Source of the DNA: an uncultured Gemmatimonadales bacterium
Lineage (GTDB): Bacteria > Gemmatimonadota > Gemmatimonadetes > Longimicrobiales > RSA9
Direction of reading: 5' to 3'
DNA length: 64,000 nt
NCBI GenBank assembly: GCA_963708135.1
Contig: OY970192.1
Span: 768,001 to 832,000 of the forward strand
The translations under genes were made by a program, and so were the position numbers. This document shows, piece by piece, positions 44,049 to 51,847 of this stretch. The first letter of the stretch is position 1. Every line of letters begins with the position of its first letter. The notes below the pieces were generated by a model. That model did not search any database, had not been told where the DNA came from, and worked only from the letters and a program-made list of their open reading frames with translations.

Positions 44049-44602
44049 CTCGGGGGAATAAACGGTGTGAGAGGGTCGGCTGGCGCGGACGCGCGCCGGC
44101 CCTCTCCGACCCAAGTGCACCCGACGCACGCCGGGGAGTTGCGCCCGAGAATGGATCGAGGAGGCCGCCCTTCGAGCGGCGGCCGGCCTCCGAATGCGGC
44201 ACACGCGCACCCCGGCCGGGAAGGCGCCCCAGTCTCCGAGATAGGGGTGTCGAGGGCTCCCAGGAACGCTGGCAGAACCGCGTTCCCGAGCGCCTCCTAC
44301 TTTGACCGCGATCGAGCTACGCGTCTTCATGCGGCCGGGGTGCGATCTGACAACACGGTTGCGGTTTCGCCCGGCGGGAGCGGCTCGCCGGGCGCGGACA
44401 CTCGCCTGGACGCGGATCCCGAGCGGCACTCGAGGGGAGCACAGCCTCTGCCTCCGAACAGGCCCCAGATCGCGTCCCGGCACCCTCTCCCCCGCCCCTG
44501 TGCGAGCAGACGGGGAAGAGGTGCACGAGGGGCCGGTGCGGATCCGATAATCCGGTCGAGGCGTCATCCGACGGCCTCCGAAGAGGCACTCGATCGCACC
44601 GG
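44049..44602 (+). ncRNA. putative bridge/seek RNA of IS110-B (donor-like loop plus 2 target-like loops)
   Basis: Donor-like loop 44243-44309; stem-loops 44405-44480 and 44533-44602. Confidence 0.75.
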
Positions 44603-44604
44603 GC

Positions 44605-44892
44605 CTACTCCGAAATCCCAAAGCGTGCTCTCGCATCCTCGGGAGCCACATTGATGAGCAACGGCGGTCCTCCACCGGGTAATTCGCTGTGGGGATAAGT
44701 CAGTACCCAAAAGCGTCCGTCCTTGGCGCGATACATGACGCTCCACCCATCATCTGAGCGCGCCACTTCCGTGATTTCGTGCGTAGTGATGATACGCTCA
44801 ATTCGACGGCATTCGTCGTCAGGGACAAGGCGGCCGTCCTGATCAACCCAAGTTCCGGTGATGACCGTTTCGTCTGGCTGAATGAGAGTCAT
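44605..44892 (-). CDS. immunity protein, Imm27-like
   Basis: GWSVMY..DGRFWVLTYPHSELPGGGPP; overlaps the toxin stop (ATGA). Confidence 0.8.
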   Translation of the reverse strand: MTLIQPDETVITGTWVDQDGRLVPDDECRRIERIITTHEITEVARSDDGWSVMYRAKDGRFWVLTYPHSELPGGGPPLLINVAPEDARARFGISE

Positions 44893-45404
44893 GGGATCTT
44901 CCTTATCAGGGCCTCAAACGGAATCGTGCCGTTGGGGATTACGAATTCACGAGCACCACCTGAAGTAAGTCCACGCCCGACGAAGCCCGGTGTCTTTCGG
45001 CCGACGGGAGAAGCAATCGCCTCGATGGCCGAACTCGGGAATTCAATGATGTTGAAGCCGAAGGGGCTTTCTGGGATCCCCAACCGAGTGGCAATCTCCT
45101 TCGACCCCATCCCCGCTATATCCTCGGCGGCCGTGACAAACACATCTTCGGCGCCAGCTCGCCCCAACGTTGCTGGAACAATATTCCCGGGAACGACGCG
45201 AGCAAGGACACTTGGGACAGCATTGGCTACTTCCCGACCGAGCAAGCGCCTTCCGAAGTCCGCAATGCCGCCTGCAATTCCGCCCGCGAGAACAGCGATG
45301 GGATCGAAAAATCCGGCGCTTTCAAGGCCTGGTTCGCCGCCGGGACACCCCGTATGCCACTCAGTCTCTGGGGGACACAATCCGAAGGGATCTGTATATA
45401 CCGG
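44889..45404 (-). pseudogene. orphan Rhs toxin tip, Ntox10-like
   Basis: Begins PVYTDPFGLCPP; contains DVFVTAAEDI and PGFVGRGLTSGGAREFVIPN. Confidence 0.8.
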
Positions 45405-45574
45405 ACGCCTCTAACCCAATGCGCCCCGTTTCGGCCTCAGACACCTCCCGCCGGACTCTACCTCCAGCCGTCTCAATCAGCCGTCCTGACACCCCCCCGA
45501 ACACCGAAGCCCTTCAGCATACCACCTAAAGTTCCATCGCCTCAGGCGCCCTCAGCCGCCGTCGATCCGCCCGG

Positions 45575-47011
45575 GGAGGTATTTTCAGAAGTTGTGGATC
45601 GCGTGACTTGATGGGGTGAAAAAAGGCGGCGTATCCTTCCGCGTTGGTTCGTTCACCGAAACGCGAAGCCCCGCTGGCCGGCGGGGGGAAGGAGACGCCA
45701 CCCATGCTGAAGCTATTCATGGACGCCCCTGCGGAGCAAGCGGGGGGGCTGGAGTTCACGCTGGACGAGCTCGCGCGTGAGGGCGCGCGGCGGATGCTGG
45801 CGGTGGCGCTGGAGGCGGAGGTGGCCGCCTACGTGGAGCGCTACCGGGGCGAGCGGGACGAGGCGGGACACGCGCTCGTGGTGCGCAACGGGAAGGCGCG
45901 GCCGCGACGCGTGACGCTCGGGGCCGGGACGGTGGAGGTCGCCGCGCCGCGGGTGAATGACCGACGGGTGGTGGAGGGGACGCGCCAGCGCTTCACGAGC
46001 GAGATCCTGCCGCCGTACATGCGGCGCAGTCCCAAGGTGGCGGAGGTGCTGCCGGTGCTCTATTTGCGCGGGCTCTCGACCGGGGACTTTCAGGAGGCGC
46101 TGCGGGCGCTGCTCGGAGCGGAGGCCACAGCGGGGCTGTCGCCGAGCGTCATCAGCCGCCTGACTGGAGCTTGGGAGGAGGAGTACCGGGCCTGGCGGCG
46201 GCGCGATCTCTCGGACCGAGACTACGTCTACGTCTGGGTGGACGGGGTGCATTTCCGGATCCGGCTGGAAGAGGACCGCCTGTGTGCGCTCGTCGTGATC
46301 GGAGTGCGCCCGGACGGGACCAAGGAGCTCGTGGCCATCGAGGACGGCTACCGCGAATCGACGGAGAGCTGGGCGGCGCTCCTGCGCGATCTGACGAGGC
46401 GCGGCATGCGCCCTCCCGTCCTGGCCGTAGGGGATGGCGCGCTCGGCTTCTGGGCGGCCGCGCGCGACGTCTGGCCCGACACGCGGGAGCAGCGCTGCTG
46501 GGTGCACCGGCTGGCCAACGTGCTGGACAAGCTGCCCAAGCGGCTCCAGCCGAAAGCGAAAGCGCATCTGCGCGAGATCATGAACGCGGAGAGCCGCGCG
46601 GCGGCCCAGGAGGAGATTGAGCGCTTCCGCGAAGAGTACGGCGCCAAGTACCCCAAGGCGGTGGCGTCCCTCGTGCGCGACCAGGACCAGCTCCTGGCCT
46701 TCTTCGACTTCCCGGCCGAACACTGGAAGCATCTGCGCACCACCAATCCGGTGGAGAGCACCTTCGCGACCGTGCGGCTCCGGCAGCGGGTGACGAAGGG
46801 AGCGGGCTCGAGAACGCGCGGGCTGGTGTTCGCCTACAAGCTCCTGGACATGGCCAGCCAGCGGTGGCGGCGCCTCGACGGCGCCCACCTCCTCCCCCTC
46901 GTTCGGGCGGAGGTCCAGTTCACCGACGGCATCATGCAAGAGAGGGAGGATCAAGAAGGGCGGAGGAGCGCCGCCTGATCACCCCAATCCACAACATTTG
47001 ACAATAGCTCT
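45575..47011 (+). mobile_element. IS256-family element
   Basis: Imperfect terminal IRs (GAGGTATTTTCAGAAGTTGTGGAT / GAGCTATTGTCAAATGTTGTGGAT); 8-9 bp target duplication (T)CCGCCCGG. Confidence 0.92.
45704..46978 (+). CDS. IS256-family transposase
   Basis: LYLRGLSTGDF, YVWVDG, GDGALGFW, QRCWVH, RTTNPVES. Confidence 0.93.
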   Translation: MLKLFMDAPAEQAGGLEFTLDELAREGARRMLAVALEAEVAAYVERYRGERDEAGHALVVRNGKARPRRVTLGAGTVEVAAPRVNDRRVVEGTRQRFTSEILPPYMRRSPKVAEVLPVLYLRGLSTGDFQEALRALLGAEATAGLSPSVISRLTGAWEEEYRAWRRRDLSDRDYVYVWVDGVHFRIRLEEDRLCALVVIGVRPDGTKELVAIEDGYRESTESWAALLRDLTRRGMRPPVLAVGDGALGFWAAARDVWPDTREQRCWVHRLANVLDKLPKRLQPKAKAHLREIMNAESRAAAQEEIERFREEYGAKYPKAVASLVRDQDQLLAFFDFPAEHWKHLRTTNPVESTFATVRLRQRVTKGAGSRTRGLVFAYKLLDMASQRWRRLDGAHLLPLVRAEVQFTDGIMQEREDQEGRRSAA

Positions 47012-47162
47012 CCGCCCGGATTCCGTCACCACTCCGGCGGTGATACGCTTCCGGGTTCGGGCTCAAACCCGGCAGGCGCCGCTCACAACGCCATTCAGCC
47101 CGATTCCGCCATCGGTGCGGCCCACGGTACCGCTCTGGTCCACTTCAACCAGGAGCGAGACC

Positions 47163-48398
47163 ATGAGCCGTTTCGAGAAGCGCCGCCGGGCCCAGCGCGC
47201 CGCCGCCGTCGCCGGAGTGGACGCGGGCAAGAGGAAGCACGCGATCGCCGTCCGGCCGCGCGGCGGCGAGGACAGCACGCCGCTCGAGTTCCAGACGACG
47301 CGGGAGGGCTTCGAGATCGCCGTCCACGCGATCCTCGACAACGCGCCCGACGCGCGGCCGGAGGACGTGCTGGTCGGCATCGAGTTCGCCGGCAACTACG
47401 GCTTCACCTTCGCGCACTTCCTGCGCGACCGCGGCTTCCAGGTCGTGAACGTGCTCGGCGCGCACAGCAAGCGCTGGAAGGAGGTCGTCCACAACCAGGG
47501 GCTGAAGAGCGACGCGAAGGACGCGCTCACGATCACCGACATGGTGGCGCAGGGCGCCTTCGTCGGCTTCCCGTTCCTCGAGCAGGTCTACGCCGACCTG
47601 CGCTACCTGGTCAGCATGCGCGAGCGCCTGACGAAGCTCCGGAGCGCGACGATCGCGCGGCTGAAGGACGTGCTCCAGGTCGTCTGGCCGGAGTTCGAGC
47701 GGCGCTTCAGCAACTTTAGCAAGAAGACGCCGATCGCGATCCTGGAGGCGTTCCCCGGGCCGGATGCGTTCCTGCGCGCACCGAAGCGGCGCGTGCTGAA
47801 GGTGATCCGGGAGGCGAGCCGGGGTCATCTGGGCGCGGCCGCCTACGAGCACCTGCGGTGCGCGGCCGAGGACACCGTGGCGCTCCCCGGCGCGCAGGGC
47901 GTGCTTGCGCAGGAGGTCGGCCTCCAGCTCGATCTCTTGGCCTCCTACGAGCGCCAGATCGCCGAGGTCGACCGCCTCATGGCCGAGCGGCTCGTGGACG
48001 CGCCCGAGGCCGAGGCGCTCCTGTCCGTCCCGAAGCTCGGCGCCGTCACGGCCGCCGTGTTCCTGGGCTCGATCGGCGACCCGCGGGCCTACGACTCCAG
48101 CCGGCAGGCGCTCAAGGTCGGCGGCCTCGGGCTCGTCGTGAGCGAGAGCGGCGCCCAGCGCGGCCGGCCGCGGCTCCCCAAGCGCGGCCGGCCCGAGCTC
48201 CGGCGCCAGATGTACATGTTCGCGGTGCGGAGCGTGAGCCGGGGCGGCCTGTTCCGGGCGGAATACGAGCGGGCGCTCGAGCGCAATCCGAACACGCCGA
48301 AGAAGAAGGTGCTGGTCGCGCTCGCGCGGAAGGCGACGCGGCTCATGTTCGCGCTCGCGAAGGAGCGGCGGCTGTACACGATGGAACCGCCGCGGTAG
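47163..48398 (+). CDS. IS110-family DEDD recombinase
   Basis: GVDAGK, GIE, KSDAKDA, SESG; clear paralog of 42816-44048. Confidence 0.93.
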   Translation: MSRFEKRRRAQRAAAVAGVDAGKRKHAIAVRPRGGEDSTPLEFQTTREGFEIAVHAILDNAPDARPEDVLVGIEFAGNYGFTFAHFLRDRGFQVVNVLGAHSKRWKEVVHNQGLKSDAKDALTITDMVAQGAFVGFPFLEQVYADLRYLVSMRERLTKLRSATIARLKDVLQVVWPEFERRFSNFSKKTPIAILEAFPGPDAFLRAPKRRVLKVIREASRGHLGAAAYEHLRCAAEDTVALPGAQGVLAQEVGLQLDLLASYERQIAEVDRLMAERLVDAPEAEALLSVPKLGAVTAAVFLGSIGDPRAYDSSRQALKVGGLGLVVSESGAQRGRPRLPKRGRPELRRQMYMFAVRSVSRGGLFRAEYERALERNPNTPKKKVLVALARKATRLMFALAKERRLYTMEPPR

Positions 48399-49042
48399 GT
48401 TGGGGGAATCAACACCATGGGAGGGCCGGCTGGCGCGGTGCGCGCCGGCCCTCCTACAGTGCACCAGACGCAGGCCGGGGGATGGAGCAGAAGAATCCAT
48501 CGAAGGGGCCGTCTCGCACGAACGTGAGGCCTGCTTCCCAAGGTCGGACCCGCTCCCCCTGACCCAGAGTTCGCCACAGTCTCCGAGGAAGGCGTGTCGA
48601 GGGCCACGCGCGGCAGACGCCGCCACGGTGCCTCCGAGGACTTGAGGGTATCGAGCTACGCGATCTCGAGTGGTCTGGGTGCGATTTGACAACTCAGCGC
48701 TTGCCTTCGCCGTCGCGGCGTCGAGCCGGCCGCGACGGAACGGGTGGCGTGTGCCCGGCGCGGATCCGACATCCAGCCTGAGGCGGCCCAGCCGGCCTCC
48801 CATGATGGACCTGATCGCGTCGGGCACCGTCCTCCTCATGGGCATCGGCCCGGCATGGACCCGATAATCCGGATGAAGGGCGCTCTGCGGCCTCCCATGT
48901 GGGACTCGGTCGTGCCGGGCCCCGCCTCCCCGCCGGGCTGGCCGACGGGGAGGTGAGCCGAACCGGGGCCTGTGTGGATCGGGGGATCCGACAGAGGCGC
49001 GAACATCGCGGCCTCGGAAAGTGACACTTGATCGCATCGGCC
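48399..49042 (+). ncRNA. putative bridge/seek RNA of IS110-C (donor-like loop plus 3 target-like loops)
   Basis: Donor-like loop 48590-48648; stem-loops 48751-48827, 48847-48921 and 48967-49042. Confidence 0.75.
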
Positions 49043-49055
49043 TCTTCGCTGGTCG

Positions 49056-49457
49056 TCATCGGTACTCCTCCTCCAAGCGTTGCAGTAGGGCAGTAAACTC
49101 AGCTACAGCCTCCGGAATCCCCTCGCCCAAGTCCTCGTGGAAGTAGTCGCGGAAGAGTAGATCTGGCCAGATCCGCGTCTGCCCAGGCGCGGTGGTGTCG
49201 ACGCGCCAATATCGGGAAGCCCGGCCATCTACTATCTCGAACAGTGAGATCGGTGCCCAGGAGAGCTTCCCATGCTCATTGACGAGGTGCAGCCATGTCC
49301 CGGTGCCCAAGACGTTGGAGTCAACCGAGAATTGGACTCCAACTACCATGTAGGTCTTCCCCAATTCCAATGCGAACTCATGGGCATCAGCAGCTACTCG
49401 GCCCATCCGCATCCGCTGCTCGGCGGTCGGCGAAATGGAGACACACTTGGCTCGCAT
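49056..49457 (-). CDS. putative immunity protein
   Basis: Start overlaps the toxin stop (TAATG); lower GC. Confidence 0.72.
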   Translation of the reverse strand: MRAKCVSISPTAEQRMRMGRVAADAHEFALELGKTYMVVGVQFSVDSNVLGTGTWLHLVNEHGKLSWAPISLFEIVDGRASRYWRVDTTAPGQTRIWPDLLFRDYFHEDLGEGIPEAVAEFTALLQRLEEEYR

Positions 49458-50011
49458 TATCTGAATACCGTTTTGAATTCCACCCGCACACCGGTTACGA
49501 GGTTTTCGACCCAGTGTGTCTCGAACCGGACTCCGTCGTCTGCCCTAAATATGCTACTACTCTTCTTGACCCAGTCTCCTGCCTCGCCTCCGTACTGCTC
49601 AGCTATCCTGCCAGCATCCCGAAACACGGTTCCGGATCGACCACCGGCAAAGATGGTCCCTCGCTCCGCCATCTGCGCTTTGCTGGCGATCTGTTTCGCC
49701 AGGTTGAGGGCTTCGCCACTTCTGCCGACGCCGCCGATGAAGGCCCCGGGCGAGCCGCACAAAACACCTTCACCACAACCGCCCCCCATAAGGTCGTTGA
49801 AGGTCTGTTCTCCGGCTTCAAGAGCTGCGCCCACGTTCAGCGCCCAAGAACGGCCGGTTCGAGACCCCCAGTTGGCCAGTAATTGGTAACAGGATTCATC
49901 GGAACCGGTGAAGGGACACAGCCCGAACGGATCGGTATAGGAGGCCGGATTATCCCCGTTGTAGCTGTAGAGGTTGAGCCCGCCCGCAAGTCCAATGGGG
50001 TCTTCCTGCGT
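49457..50011 (-). pseudogene. orphan Rhs toxin tip with short core remnant
   Basis: TQEDPIGLAGGLNLYSYNGDNPASYTDPFGL followed by a variable tip (YGG..DWVKK..ETHW..EFK). Confidence 0.82.
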
Positions 50012-50139
50012 TAATATCCGCTCAGACGCCTCCGGCCGACTCCCGAGCCGCTATCCCTCTGTCGTTTCTTTCTTTAGCCGCTTCCTTCCCGCCTTCTTCG
50101 TCGTAGTTTTCCGCTTCAGACCTGGATGCGTGTTTTCCC

Positions 50140-50361
50140 CTACGCAAAGAGGAGGCGTCCCTTCGGCGGTGGTACCTCACGACCGATGTCGCGCGCCGTC
50201 TCGATCCACTCCTCGATCACCGTCTGCACGTTGCCCAGCGCCTCGCGATACGTGGCACCGTCGGCGGCACAGCCCGGCAGCTCGGGCACCTCGGCGATGT
50301 AGGCATCGTCCTCCTCGCTCCAGTAGAGGATGATCTCGTAGCGTGGGTCAGTCTTCGCCAT
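50140..50361 (-). CDS. hicB: HicB-family antitoxin
   Basis: YWSEEDDAYIAEVPELPGCAADG.T..EAL. Confidence 0.88.
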   Translation of the reverse strand: MAKTDPRYEIILYWSEEDDAYIAEVPELPGCAADGATYREALGNVQTVIEEWIETARDIGREVPPPKGRLLFA

Positions 50362-50614
50362 CGGCCGTGCCTCCAAGCTTGTACGTCACGATTACACGCC
50401 GGACCTGCTTCACCTGATACGGCTTCGCCAGCTTGCCCCTGGGCTGCAGGTTCAGGATCTCCGCGATGCCATCACGCAAGTAAATGTGATGGCTGCCGCG
50501 GATCCGCTCCTCGAAGCCGAGCGCATGGAGCAGACGCCGCAGATCCTGGAAATCGATGGCGCTGTCGGAGGTTCCCCGCAGCAGCCGCGCCAGGATCTTG
50601 TCGATCTGCGTCAT
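50348..50614 (-). CDS. hicA: HicA-family toxin
   Basis: LGF..RIRGSHHIY and AKPYQVKQV. Confidence 0.88.
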   Translation of the reverse strand: MTQIDKILARLLRGTSDSAIDFQDLRRLLHALGFEERIRGSHHIYLRDGIAEILNLQPRGKLAKPYQVKQVRRVIVTYKLGGTADGED

Positions 50615-50668
50615 GCCGAAAGATAGCGTGCCGGCTCCTCGCGCGGGACCACCAAGGTGCGGGGCAGG

Positions 50669-50756
50669 TTTACGTAACCCGGTTACGTAAAGGGCCAGAG
50701 GCCCCCAGCGCAGGCGCGGCGAGGCCGAGTGCGCATAATCCCGGGATTATGCGCAC
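50669..50756. repeat. two palindromes, Xer/dif-like
   Basis: TTTACGTAACC-C-GGTTACGTAAA (50669-50691) and GTGCGCATAATCCC-GGGATTATGCGCAC (50729-50756). Confidence 0.8.
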
Positions 50757-50884
50757 CGAGCGAAAGCGAGGGGACCCGGCCGGTCCCGAGCGAGAGCGAG
50801 GGCGGCGCGCCGGAGCGCAGCCTGCGCCGCACGCGCCACGCTGCCGGCCCTGCCACCACCACCCTAAATAGACAAGCAAAGCAG

Positions 50885-51847
50885 CTAAAGAGAGGAGGGG
50901 TGGGTGGGCCGTGTGAGATGGGCCGGGTGAGTGCGGGCGTGCACCTGCTTGAGGCGGGCGATGGAGACGCGGGTGTAGAGCTGGGTGGTGGAGAGCTGGG
51001 CATGACCGAGCATCTCCTGGATGTCGCGGATGTCGGCGCCGCCCTCGAGCATGAGGGTGGCCATGGTGTGGCGAAAGAGGTGGCAGGAGCCGCTCTTGCC
51101 GAGGTCAGCCGCGGCCACGTAGCGGCGCACCAGCTCAGAGAGACGATTGGCCCGGAGCCGCCGTCCGCGGCGGGAGAGAAAGAGGAGTCCGTGATCGGGC
51201 GGCACGAGCAGGTGCGGCCGCACATCCGAGAGGTAGCGCTGGGCCCAGGCGAGCGCCCGCTCCCCGACGGGCACCAGCCGGTCGCGTCGTCCCTTGCCCT
51301 CGCGCACGAAGAGACTGCCGCGGGCAGGATCAATGTCCACCAGGCGGAGCCGGATGAGTTCGGTGCGACGGATCCCGGTCGAGTAGAGCACCTCGAGGAG
51401 CGTGCGGTCCCGCACCCCGAGCAGGGTGAACAGATCCGGCTGCGCAAGCACCCGCTCCGCTTCGTCGCTGGTGAGCACGGCGCCGGGCAGGTGATGGGCT
51501 CGCCTGGGCAGCTCGAGGTCGGCCGCGGGGTTGTAGGGCAGGCGGTGGGTCCGCACGAGCCACTTCAACAGGCCCTTGATGGCGATGAGCTTCTGCGCCT
51601 GTGCGCCCCAGCCCAGCGGCTGTCCGTTCTTCTGCCGCTGCTGGAAGAGCGCCGTGCGATAGCGCTCGAGGAGCGGCAGCGAGAGATCCTGCACGGTCTC
51701 GACGCCGCGCTCCTCGCACCAGGTGCGGAAGTGGTTCAGGTAGCTTTTGCGGCTGCGCACCGTGTGCGGCGAGTAGGCCGCGGCCGCAAGCGCGGCCAGG
51801 TGCAGCGCGATGAGCGTGGCGAGTTCGCTCTCCGCGGCCGCACTCAT
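50885..51847 (-). CDS. XerC/XerD-type tyrosine recombinase
   Basis: YSTGIRRTE, GKG, HLFRH, LGHAQLSTTQLYT (R-K-H-R-H-Y intact). Confidence 0.93.
   Translation of the reverse strand: MSAAAESELATLIALHLAALAAAAYSPHTVRSRKSYLNHFRTWCEERGVETVQDLSLPLLERYRTALFQQRQKNGQPLGWGAQAQKLIAIKGLLKWLVRTHRLPYNPAADLELPRRAHHLPGAVLTSDEAERVLAQPDLFTLLGVRDRTLLEVLYSTGIRRTELIRLRLVDIDPARGSLFVREGKGRRDRLVPVGERALAWAQRYLSDVRPHLLVPPDHGLLFLSRRGRRLRANRLSELVRRYVAAADLGKSGSCHLFRHTMATLMLEGGADIRDIQEMLGHAQLSTTQLYTRVSIARLKQVHARTHPAHLTRPTHPSSL

Larger units (their letters stand above)
42505..45403 (+). mobile_element. IS110-B with Rhs tip/immunity cargo
   Basis: 310-bp left end, recombinase, ncRNA, then cargo on the opposite strand; both boundaries fall 2 codons before YTDP. 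Confidence 0.75.
45404..49944 (+). mobile_element. IS110-C with Rhs tip/immunity cargo (left end interrupted by IS256)
   Basis: Left end is about 313 bp once IS256 is removed, similar to IS110-B; same architecture. Confidence 0.75.

Noticed and set aside
48751..49042. CRISPR array or integron attC cassettes
   Set aside because: No identical repeats with unique spacers, no cas genes, no GTTRRRY boxes and no IntI. The units have an internal-loop architecture tied to IS110.
51671..51685. GAGCGGCAGC in the integrase gene as target of the IS110-B first loop
   Set aside because: The right half does not match (GCGAGA vs GCCTGT); expected by chance at this GC content.
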